DNA from: Alphaproteobacteria bacterium GWF2_58_20
GTDB lineage: Bacteria; Pseudomonadota; Alphaproteobacteria; UBA1247
Direction of reading: 5' to 3'
NCBI GenBank assembly: GCA_001768735.1
Contig: MEMB01000007.1
Location: 106,386 to 170,385, forward strand
Length of the DNA: 64,000 bases
The position numbers were made by a program, and so were the translations under genes. Shown one piece after another: positions 8,521 to 16,532 of this stretch; position 1 is the stretch's first letter, and the number at the start of each line of letters is the position of its first letter. The notes below the pieces were generated by a model. That model ran no database searches, was not told the origin of the DNA, and saw nothing but the letters and a program-made list of their open reading frames with translations.

Positions 8521-9612
8521 ATGAAGCATCAAGCAGTTTTTTCCTTGGCCACCGCCCTGGCATTGGTCATGGCAGCCGGTACCGCCCAGGCGGGGTTCCA
8601 ATGGGTTCCCCAGCCGGAAGTTGCAAAACCCGCCATGATGAATGCGCCGGTGGTGGAAGTTATCCCTGCACAGGACATGGCGCCTGTGGTTGAGATTGAT
8701 GTTCCCGCCATTCGGCCTGCTCCGGCCATGGTGCCGGCAGCTGCGCCCATGGCGGAGGAAGACCTGCCGCCGTGGCTGGCCAAGGAATCCCCCGCTCTTC
8801 CCGTGGTTGTGGAAGAGGAGATGACTGTTCCGGAAGTGAAGGGTGTGATTGAAGCCCCCGTCATGGCTCCGGTGGTTGCTGAAGAACCGGCCCTTGAAGG
8901 GTTTGGCAAGAACATGCCGCTGGTTATCGCCATGCGGCAGATCGTGCCAACGGATTACCAGTTTGCTTTTGGATCTGGCGTCAACATGGGGGCGGCCATT
9001 ACCTGGGAGGGTGGAAAGCCCTGGAATGTTGTCCTGAAATCGGTGCTGGAGCCCATGGGGCTTGGCCTGCGCGTTGTGGACAAGGTTGTCTATGTAGAAA
9101 AAATGGAAAACGGCAGGCCGGTTGAGGGCATGTTTGCAGCAGCCGTGAAGGCGCGTGTTTCCCAGGAACCACCTGTTATGGTGGAAAAGCCGTTGATTGA
9201 GGCTCTTCCTGCCCAGCCTGTGGTGGAAGTTGTTTCCGCCATGGGAGAGCCGATGGAAGAGGATGAATTGATGCCTGCGCTTGGAGAGGCTCCGGAATTG
9301 AGCTTCCTCCCCCTGCCTGTGGTGCGTGAAGTTCAGGAAGAAATTCGCGTACAGCCCAAATGGGTGATCGAACCCGGACGAACCTTGCGTGAGGTTCTGG
9401 AAGACTGGGGCCAGCAGGCAGATTGGGTTGTGGTCTGGCGCAGCGAACGGGATTACCTGATTGAATCCGGGGCCATCTTTGAGGGGGCTTTTGCGCAGGT
9501 CGCTGAAGAAGTCCTGCAGGCTTTTGCCCATGCCGAGCCGCCGGTGCGTGCCACGTTCTATCGCAACAAGACCTTGGTGATTGATGCCGAGGCGATGAGC
9601 GACCTGAACTGA
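8521..9612 (+). CDS. Secreted TcpQ/PilL-like protein: two TcpQ-type beta-domains joined by Pro/Ala/Val/Glu-rich linkers
   Basis: Signal peptide MKHQAVFSLATALALVMAAGTAQA. The central domain reads NMPLVIAMRQIVPTDYQF...ITWEGGKPWNVVLKSVL. The C-terminal domain reads KWVIEPGRTLREVLEDWGQQADWVVVWRSERDYLIESGAIFEGAFAQVAEEVL, typical of toxin-coregulated-pilus Q / IncI PilL-like proteins. Confidence 0.6.
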   Translation: MKHQAVFSLATALALVMAAGTAQAGFQWVPQPEVAKPAMMNAPVVEVIPAQDMAPVVEIDVPAIRPAPAMVPAAAPMAEEDLPPWLAKESPALPVVVEEEMTVPEVKGVIEAPVMAPVVAEEPALEGFGKNMPLVIAMRQIVPTDYQFAFGSGVNMGAAITWEGGKPWNVVLKSVLEPMGLGLRVVDKVVYVEKMENGRPVEGMFAAAVKARVSQEPPVMVEKPLIEALPAQPVVEVVSAMGEPMEEDELMPALGEAPELSFLPLPVVREVQEEIRVQPKWVIEPGRTLREVLEDWGQQADWVVVWRSERDYLIESGAIFEGAFAQVAEEVLQAFAHAEPPVRATFYRNKTLVIDAEAMSDLN

Positions 9613-9635
9613 TTCTTGTCAGGATACGGATGAAG

Positions 9636-9662
9636 AGGGCGGCCATTTGGCCGCCCTTTTTA
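9636..9662 (+). terminator. Rho-independent terminator closing T4BSS block 1
   Basis: Perfect hairpin agggcggcc-attt-ggccgccct followed by tttttat. Confidence 0.8.
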
Positions 9663-9846
9663 TGTTTGGAAAGCCGTGCATGGGCCTATGCACAAGGGAA
9701 TTTGGTAAGTTTTTGTAAAGAAGTTGGTGTAAACTGGAAGGCGTTGAGAAGGGTTCATTTTTTTTGAATGGAGTTGTTGAACAGCTTTTGAATTGTGTGC
9801 GTACCGGGAATTTTCCTCCTCCTGTTTGGTTGAAGGGATGTGCTGC

Positions 9847-10344
9847 ATGGCTCGGACTGAACACCATATCAAAGCCCATTTACGGCTTATACCCGTCAAG
9901 GCATGTTTGTATGTCGTGCCACCCAAGGCCGAACGCCAACGCATAGCTAAACAGTTTGGCAAGATCCGAAAACAGTTTGCCAAGTTTCTGGCGGAAAATC
10001 ATTTGGAGGATTTGCGTCGTCTGGGCATTTCCGAGGCCGAAATTGATATCATGCGGGAAACTGGACGGGGGCCAGAAGGATATACCGTCCACCATAAGCT
10101 TCCCCGCCATGGTGGCGGTACAAACGACTTTTCCAATCTTGTCCTGATTTCCAGAGCGATCCATTCCGATATCCATTATGAAATGGATCGTCAGCTTTTT
10201 GGATCAAAAAAACCGATTTCCCAGATGAAAACCGGGGATAGTTGCTGGATTGATATTCCTACGCCGGAAGGCATGATTTATATTCCGCCGGTTTTGCCCG
10301 CCCTGGATAACATCCCGGATTCCCTGCGTTTGAAGCTGCGTTGA
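9847..10344 (+). CDS. Free-standing HNH/EndoVII-superfamily nuclease-like protein (paralogue 1)
   Basis: Beta-beta-alpha-Me signature EGYTVHHKLPRHGGGTNDFSNLVLISRAIHSDIH. The gene is visibly more A/T-rich than its surroundings. The start at MARTEHH gives a size matching paralogue 2, though the longer in-frame start at 9793 remains possible. Confidence 0.65.
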   Translation: MARTEHHIKAHLRLIPVKACLYVVPPKAERQRIAKQFGKIRKQFAKFLAENHLEDLRRLGISEAEIDIMRETGRGPEGYTVHHKLPRHGGGTNDFSNLVLISRAIHSDIHYEMDRQLFGSKKPISQMKTGDSCWIDIPTPEGMIYIPPVLPALDNIPDSLRLKLR

Positions 10345-10534
10345 ATTTTTTGCATGGGCCCATGCGCGGATTTTTTTTAAAAGCGCTGGGCTTTCACGAG
10401 AGGCATGTTATGATGCCACCGAAACAAGAAAAATTCATGGAGTGAGAAGCGACAGGACAACCGTTTGTCCGGAGTGACGTGCCTTTCAAGAATCACTAGG
10501 AATATCAACCTCTAGCGATTGGAAGGAAAACAGG

Positions 10535-11029
10535 ATGGCTGGGAAGGGCATAGACGTCATCACGACGTTTTGTTGCATGCCCAAGATTAACGTCCGATAT
10601 ACCGTTGCTTCCAAAGAGCAGCGTGATCAACGTCGTAATTATTACCATGATGTTGTTCGCAAGCAGTTTGCCAGTCACCTTGCCACACATCATGCTGAAA
10701 AACTCCGCATCCTGGGGATTCCCGAAGAGCAGATCACGATCATGCGTGACCGGGGCGAAGGGCCGGAAGGCTATAATATCCACCACAAGATTCCGCTGCA
10801 TGCCGGTGGGACGAATGATTTTTCCAACCTGATCCTGATGCGGGCGGATTTGCATTGTCATCTGCACCGGTTTGTGGATGCGAAGATCCTGGGGCTCAAG
10901 GTTGGCAAGAGCCGGGATGTTGTCCTGCCTTTTCTGGAAGGGGAGGTCTGTTTTATGCAGCCGTGGAAACAGCCTGGCTGGAATCCCAACGCGCCTCTTC
11001 CTGTGCCGCCTTCCTCCTGTTGGGGGTGA
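10535..11029 (+). CDS. Free-standing HNH/EndoVII-superfamily nuclease-like protein (paralogue 2)
   Basis: Contains EGYNIHHKIPLHAGGTNDFSNLILMRADLHCHLH. It shares the upstream helix region (..RKQFA..LA.HH.E.LR.LGI.E..I.IMR..G.GPEGY) with paralogue 1. Confidence 0.65.
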   Translation: MAGKGIDVITTFCCMPKINVRYTVASKEQRDQRRNYYHDVVRKQFASHLATHHAEKLRILGIPEEQITIMRDRGEGPEGYNIHHKIPLHAGGTNDFSNLILMRADLHCHLHRFVDAKILGLKVGKSRDVVLPFLEGEVCFMQPWKQPGWNPNAPLPVPPSSCWG

Positions 11030-11035
11030 GGCAGC

Positions 11036-11293
11036 ATGGTTGTGAATGTTTCGGTGGAGACACTTTCATGGGCGGATGTTCGGGGTATCGCCCGGGCCTT
11101 GCATAAGGCTCATCCCATGGTTGACCAGTCACTTTTGACCCCCGAAGATGTGCGGCGCATGGTGGTGGAGCTTCCCGGGTTTTCCGACCTGCCGCAGCCG
11201 GAAAATGAAAACATGCTGGATACTGTTGTTTATGCATGGCTTCGGATCGAGAAAGAAGAATGGGAAAACGAATTGGTGGAAGATAATGCATGA
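11036..11293 (+). CDS. IscX (YfhJ)-like small acidic protein
   Basis: 85 aa. LSWADVRGIARALHKAHPMVDQSLLTPEDVRRMVVELPGFSDLPQPENENMLDTVVYAWL aligns position-for-position with my recollection of E. coli IscX ([60 protein letters not shown]). Its stop overlaps the start of the next gene by 8 nt. Confidence 0.6.
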   Translation: MVVNVSVETLSWADVRGIARALHKAHPMVDQSLLTPEDVRRMVVELPGFSDLPQPENENMLDTVVYAWLRIEKEEWENELVEDNA

Positions 11294-12896
11294 TATCCTG
11301 ATGCAGCCCGATGTTCACGAGGAACGCACCCTGTGGGTGCCCTTGGGGGGCAACAACGAGGACACCATCGGCGGCAACAGCCATGCCATCATTCATGAAT
11401 GGGTGGATGAGAATGGGGAAGGGCATCGTCAGGTTGTTCTGGTGGATGCGGGCAACCTGTTTGGTCGTGGCGGCAAGCATTCCGAATTCCTGCCCGTCCT
11501 GGATCCGTTCCTGACCCGGCGGGAGGATGAAGGCAAGGAATTCTCTCCCACCCATCTCCATGCATCGGCCATTTTCATTACCCATGCCCATGAAGACCAT
11601 ATCGCGGCGCTTCAGCATTACATCAACCGTGGCTTCAAGCTGCCGCCCATTTATTGCAGCAAGCTGACGTCCCAGTATGTGATGGATGACCTTGAAGAAC
11701 TGATTTCCGACCCTGACCAGTGGCCGGAAATCCATGTGATGGAGCCGGGTGAGCGGGTGCAACTTGGAAAATTCACGACACGCGCCGTGCCGGTGAGCCA
11801 TTCCGTATCGCAGTCTTTTGCCTACCAGGTGAAGACACCGGGAAGCAATCTCCTGTTCACGGGGGATTTCAAGATTGACCAGGATTTGCTTCTTGGGCCG
11901 ATGACCGACCTCGGCATGCTTGCGGAAATCGGGCGTGAAGGTGTGGATGCTGTCATGATGGACTCCACCCGGGCCGATGTGCCGGGCTTCACCATGACGG
12001 AACATGCGGTACGGGAAACTTTCCGGCGGATCATGAAGCAAAATCCGGACAAGCGCTTTATCACGGCGGTCATGGGCCGGAATACCGAGCGTGTTGCGGG
12101 GCTGGTGAAGGTGGCAGCGGAAATGGGGCGCCAGATTGTTCATGAGGGGCCTGCGCTCAAGAAGACGCTTTATCTTTGCAAGCGTGCGGGGATTGACCTG
12201 CGGTCGTTGCATCCGGATGTGAAGATCCACGATGGCAAGAGCCAGTTGGCCCGGAAATTGGCCCCCAGCCAGATGGCAGGCATGATTACCGGAACCCAGG
12301 CCGAGATCAATGCCGCTCTTGATCTGGCATCGCGGGGAGATCACCGTCGTCTGCGGCTGGATCCGAAAACCGATATCCTGATCATTTCTGCCTCGCTCAT
12401 TCCCGGTAATGAGGCGCGGGTGCATAAATTGGTTGCCGACTTGCGTGCCCAAGGTTTCATCGTCATTGTGTCCCGGGATGAAGACGTCGCTTCATCCGGC
12501 CATCCGGCGGCAGAGGATTGCAAGCTGACAGCGAAAACCACAAATGCCCGCATGGTCATTCCGGTGCATGGCTCGATTGCACACCGGACGGCCCAGTGCC
12601 GCAACATGGCAGAGATCGGCGTGCCCAGCCTGATGGTGGGGAATGGCAATATTGTGTGTTTCGGAGGGCCGCAAGGCACCCGGATTATCGGGCACCGGCC
12701 GCATGGCCTGATTGGCGTTCAGGAAAAGCGGGTGGGTTACAACAGTCCCGACAAGAATGACCCGAACGCGCCCAAGGTCCAGTATGCCTATGAAATGATC
12801 ATGCAGAAACCGAAGCCTTTGGCCCAGCCAAAACCACCGGCGCCAAAACCGCCACAGCCGCGCTATGCGCCGAAAGACGATCCAGCACTGCTGTGA
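11286..12896 (+). CDS. RNase J-fold metallo-beta-lactamase/beta-CASP nuclease-like protein, paralogue 1, with a Pro/Lys-rich C-terminal tail
   Basis: Motifs VLVDAGN, THAHEDHIAA (HxHxDH), VSHSV..S, FTGDFK.D and MMDSTRADVPGFTMTEHAV. Also SSGHPAAED and IPVHGS, the equivalents of beta-CASP motifs. The N-terminus PLGGNNEDTIGGNSH replaces the canonical LGGLGEIGKN. The tail reads KPKPLAQPKPPAPKPPQPRYAPKDDPALL. Confidence 0.75.
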   Translation: MHDILMQPDVHEERTLWVPLGGNNEDTIGGNSHAIIHEWVDENGEGHRQVVLVDAGNLFGRGGKHSEFLPVLDPFLTRREDEGKEFSPTHLHASAIFITHAHEDHIAALQHYINRGFKLPPIYCSKLTSQYVMDDLEELISDPDQWPEIHVMEPGERVQLGKFTTRAVPVSHSVSQSFAYQVKTPGSNLLFTGDFKIDQDLLLGPMTDLGMLAEIGREGVDAVMMDSTRADVPGFTMTEHAVRETFRRIMKQNPDKRFITAVMGRNTERVAGLVKVAAEMGRQIVHEGPALKKTLYLCKRAGIDLRSLHPDVKIHDGKSQLARKLAPSQMAGMITGTQAEINAALDLASRGDHRRLRLDPKTDILIISASLIPGNEARVHKLVADLRAQGFIVIVSRDEDVASSGHPAAEDCKLTAKTTNARMVIPVHGSIAHRTAQCRNMAEIGVPSLMVGNGNIVCFGGPQGTRIIGHRPHGLIGVQEKRVGYNSPDKNDPNAPKVQYAYEMIMQKPKPLAQPKPPAPKPPQPRYAPKDDPALL

Positions 12897-13012
12897 CGGA
12901 GCCTTGCATTTTTTGCAGGGGTGGTGAATGAAAAGAACATGGCTGTTTGCGGGTTTTTCATGCGAAAATGTTCGTATGGAAGTTCCCTTTTTGTCCGGGA
13001 AAGGCAAAAAAC

Positions 13013-14479
13013 ATGTCGGAATGGATTGCATGGGTTGCGCTCGGCGGGACCAATGACCATGGCATCGGCGGCAACTGCGGCCTTCTCATTCATGGAGATG
13101 ATTCCGGTGCGGCTCCGGAAATCCTCATGGTGGATGATGGCTTCAAGTTCGAGGACGGGCATGGCAAGTCCTACCCGGTTCTGGATGACTTCCTGCCCTA
13201 TATCAAGGGCGTTCTCCTGACCCATTCGCACGGCGACCATATCGGCGGCATTTCGTTGCGCATGCCCCGGACGGAGGTCTATCCGCCCATCTACGGTTCG
13301 CAGATGACCATCAACGTGCTGGAGCACAACATCGAGCGCGAAGTGGATGAACGAATTGTGCGGGGGCTTGCACGCAACGTGGTGGCGCCCAGGGAAAGTT
13401 TCCGGGTTGGCGGGTTCGAGGTTGAGCCCGTGCTGGTCAGTCATTCCTCGGTCGAATCCTATGGCTATCATGTGAAGGTGGCGGGTCGGAGCGTTTTCTT
13501 TACCGGCGATTTCAAGTGGGATCTTGACATGCCGCTGGATAGCTCCACCGATGTGGCGCGCCTCATCGAGATCGGGAATGCGGGACTGGATGTCCTTTTT
13601 CCGGATTCGACGGGTGCCGACAATCCCGGCTTTACGCCCAAGGAATGGGCGGTCGCGGCCGATCTGGAAAAGCTGGTGCGCGACAATCCGCAGGTGACTG
13701 AGTTCATCATGCCCATCGGGGCAACCGCGCATCAGCATATTGCCATGCTGGCGGCTGTGGCCATGAGAACGGGCCTGCCCATCGTTTACGAGGGCAAGGG
13801 GCTTGATAACAGCCTCTTGGACCTGTTTCGTTCGGGGTACGAAATGGAAAAGAAATATCACGGTTGCCGGATTGTTCCGGCAAACAGTGCGCTTGGGCAG
13901 GAAATCATCGGACGGGAAGATCGCCGCCTGTGCCTGGGTACTGGTGCGCAGGGCGAGGAAAATGCCTTTTTCGCAAAGGCGCTGCGAGGCTGCAATTATA
14001 ACCTGCGTCTGGATCCCGTGCAGAGCATGGTGGTCAACCTGTCGGGGGTGATTCCCGGCAACGAGAAAACCGCAGATTTCATTTTTGAAAAATGCCGGGA
14101 GCTGGGGATCCGGCAGGCGTTTGCCAAGGCATCCGGCCACGGGGCGTCGGAGGATTTGCTGTGCATGAGTACGGCGCTGCGCCCGGGAGTTGTCATTCCC
14201 CTGCATGGCGACCGGAAAAAAATCGCGGCCCATGTGGCGTTGCAACAGGCGGCCGGGCACGAGGCTGTCGCAACAATCGGCGGGCAGGTGCTGCTGTGGC
14301 GGGATGGGGCCGTTTTGCCGGAAACCATCGGTTTTGTGGATACGGCGCGGATGATCGCGCGGGAAACCGGGTTTGTGCGCGGCCGCAACATCTACCAGTA
14401 CATGCGCGCGGAAGGCTGGTCGAAACAGCCGGAAAACGCCCACAAAATCACGCTTCCCACATGGGCGCCGAAACCCTGA
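13013..14479 (+). CDS. RNase J-fold metallo-beta-lactamase/beta-CASP nuclease-like protein, paralogue 2
   Basis: Motifs LGGTNDHGIGGNC, LMVDDG, THSHGDHIGG, VSHSS, FTGDFKWD, FPDSTGADNPGFTPKEWAV, ASGHGASEDL and IPLHGD. The protein ends ...TLPTWAPKP. Confidence 0.75.
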   Translation: MSEWIAWVALGGTNDHGIGGNCGLLIHGDDSGAAPEILMVDDGFKFEDGHGKSYPVLDDFLPYIKGVLLTHSHGDHIGGISLRMPRTEVYPPIYGSQMTINVLEHNIEREVDERIVRGLARNVVAPRESFRVGGFEVEPVLVSHSSVESYGYHVKVAGRSVFFTGDFKWDLDMPLDSSTDVARLIEIGNAGLDVLFPDSTGADNPGFTPKEWAVAADLEKLVRDNPQVTEFIMPIGATAHQHIAMLAAVAMRTGLPIVYEGKGLDNSLLDLFRSGYEMEKKYHGCRIVPANSALGQEIIGREDRRLCLGTGAQGEENAFFAKALRGCNYNLRLDPVQSMVVNLSGVIPGNEKTADFIFEKCRELGIRQAFAKASGHGASEDLLCMSTALRPGVVIPLHGDRKKIAAHVALQQAAGHEAVATIGGQVLLWRDGAVLPETIGFVDTARMIARETGFVRGRNIYQYMRAEGWSKQPENAHKITLPTWAPKP

Positions 14480-14596
14480 CCCATGCGCCCCGCGCATGGC
14501 TCCCTTGCGAAATCGGAATACCTCCTGCCCGCCATTATCTGTGATACTGGTTCCGTCAGCATATTTCGACACAAACCCGATGTGAAAGGACATGAC

Positions 14597-16120
14597 ATGA
14601 CCGCACCCTATACCGAATGGGTTTCCCTTGGCGGCAACAATGAAGACGATATTGGCGGAAACTGCCATCTGGTGACATATTTTGATGGCAAACATGCGCA
14701 TTCCATTCTGGTTGATGCCGGCAACAAGTTCAGCAAGGTTCCGGGCTATGACCAGTTCTTTCCCATCCTGCCCAAGGGCGTGAAGGCGACCTTCTGCACC
14801 CATGGCCATCTTGACCATATCGGAGCCACCGCGCACCTGCTCAATCACGGACTTCCGGTTCCGCCGGCCGTTTATGGCAGTTCCATGAGCCTCAATGTCA
14901 TGCGCATCCAGCTGGGCCGCGTTTATGGCAATGAAAATCCTTGGCCGCACCTGCACGACATGGAACCGCGCGAGGCCGTCAATGTCGGCCATATCCGGGT
15001 GGAAGGGGTTTCCGTGAGTCACTCCATTCCGCAGGCTATGGGTTTTTATGTGGTCACGCCCACGGCGCGCCTGCTGTTTACGGGCGATTGCAAATGGGAT
15101 ACCCAGCTGCCCATCAAGCCGGTTACGGATGTCAATGGTCTGCAGCGGATTGGTGATCGCGGTCTTGAAGCCCTGTTCCTTGATTCCACCCGTTGCCAGG
15201 TGCCGGGCTTTACCCGGCCGGAGCAAGACGTGCGTGACGAGATCCGCGCGCAGGTTCTGGCCAATCCGCAGGTGGATGAGTTCATCATGCCGGTCATGAG
15301 CACCTCGGTGCAGCGCATGGCCGTTCTTGCCGAGCTGTCGCAGGAGATGAATATTCCCATTATTTATGAGGGACGTTCGATCGAGGACATGCTGGAAGCG
15401 GCCAAGCGTTCCAAAATCGACCTGAAGAAGATGTATCCCGGTGCGCGTATCATGAATGCCCGCAGTTTTCAGGGGCAGGAGATGATCAAGCAGGGAATCC
15501 GGCATTTCCACATGGGTACTGGCACACAGGGCGAGGAAAATGCCTTTTTTGCCAGGGCCATGCGCGGGGAAAGCCAGAATGTTCGCCTTAATCAGGCAAA
15601 AACCCTGGTCCTGTTCCTGGCTTCTGTCATTCCAGGAAATGAGGCTGCATGTGAACCGCAGTTCGCCAAATTGCGCGAGATGGGAATCCGCTATGTCCTG
15701 ATCCACACATCGGGTCACGGCAGTGCAGAAGATCTCTTGAAATACGGGGAAGTGACAAAACCGCGCGTGCTGTTTCCGGTGCATGGTTCCCGCGCCCACA
15801 TCGATCATCATGCCAGCATCCAGCAGGAAGCGGGCCGCAAGGTGCAGATGGCCATGAATGGTGACCGGTGGCGCTGGGATGGGAAGGGGCAGACCCCTTA
15901 TTATGCCGGCCACATCGACACCAAGGCCCTGGCCTGCAAGGAAATGGGACAGAAATGGGTCACCAACCCCAAGAGCAAGACGGGACAGGAAGTCTTGCGC
16001 AATATCTATGAGTACAAGATTGTAGATAGCTGGGATGCGCCGAAGACGGAAAGCGGCATTGTCCTTCCGGCCAAGAAGAAGATCGTCCTGGCGGGCATGG
16101 AACCTGTGGGGCCGAAATGA
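14597..16120 (+). CDS. RNase J-fold metallo-beta-lactamase/beta-CASP nuclease-like protein, paralogue 3
   Basis: Motifs LGGNNEDDIGGNCH, ILVDAGN, THGHLDHIGA, VSHSIPQ, FTGDCKWD, FLDSTRCQVPGFTRPEQDV, HTSGHGSAEDL and FPVHGS. It shares NPQV.EFIMP with paralogue 2. Confidence 0.75.
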   Translation: MTAPYTEWVSLGGNNEDDIGGNCHLVTYFDGKHAHSILVDAGNKFSKVPGYDQFFPILPKGVKATFCTHGHLDHIGATAHLLNHGLPVPPAVYGSSMSLNVMRIQLGRVYGNENPWPHLHDMEPREAVNVGHIRVEGVSVSHSIPQAMGFYVVTPTARLLFTGDCKWDTQLPIKPVTDVNGLQRIGDRGLEALFLDSTRCQVPGFTRPEQDVRDEIRAQVLANPQVDEFIMPVMSTSVQRMAVLAELSQEMNIPIIYEGRSIEDMLEAAKRSKIDLKKMYPGARIMNARSFQGQEMIKQGIRHFHMGTGTQGEENAFFARAMRGESQNVRLNQAKTLVLFLASVIPGNEAACEPQFAKLREMGIRYVLIHTSGHGSAEDLLKYGEVTKPRVLFPVHGSRAHIDHHASIQQEAGRKVQMAMNGDRWRWDGKGQTPYYAGHIDTKALACKEMGQKWVTNPKSKTGQEVLRNIYEYKIVDSWDAPKTESGIVLPAKKKIVLAGMEPVGPK

Positions 16121-16515
16121 CCAGCCTGAAGACGGTTTTGGAGAAACTTGTTGCTGGTGGGGGGCGCAAGCTGCCCCCTGCCAGCGATGCCGGCCTGACC
16201 TCGGCGGAAATGACGCTGGCCGCCCTTGGTGCGCCGGGCCTTCCGCCCGATTTCGTGGCGTTTCTGCGGGTGTCGGATGGTGCCGTTTACCACCATATCC
16301 GCTTTTTTGGCACGGCAGATATTGCCATGGCGCAGGAGGATATGTTCCGGAGTCGTCGGCCGCCGCATTTCCTTGGCCTTGGCCAGGCAGATGACGATGT
16401 ATATGCCTTTGATGCCCGCGATGGCGCCTACAAGATTCTCGACCCCACCGATTGTGAGGATTTTGGCACATTTGCAAGTTTTGCCGAATTGATGGACGAC
16501 GCTGTCGGGGAATGA
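16117..16515 (+). CDS. SMI1/KNR4 (SUKH-superfamily) immunity-type protein
   Basis: 132 aa. Contains LTSAEMTLAALGAPGLPPDFVAFLRVSDGAVY...FFG...........LGLGQADDDVYAFD, which resembles the SUKH-1 pattern (LP.DY..FL...NG). The ATGA overlap with paralogue 3 lies at 16117-16120. Confidence 0.55.
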   Translation: MTSLKTVLEKLVAGGGRKLPPASDAGLTSAEMTLAALGAPGLPPDFVAFLRVSDGAVYHHIRFFGTADIAMAQEDMFRSRRPPHFLGLGQADDDVYAFDARDGAYKILDPTDCEDFGTFASFAELMDDAVGE

Positions 16516-16532
16516 AGTGTTTCCCGGCCCGC

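Noticed and set aside
10953-12452. 499-aa minus-strand ORF
   Set aside because: It is antisense to the IscX-like gene and RNase J-like paralogue 1. Its composition is low-complexity and His/Arg/Gly/Pro-rich, and I saw no motifs.
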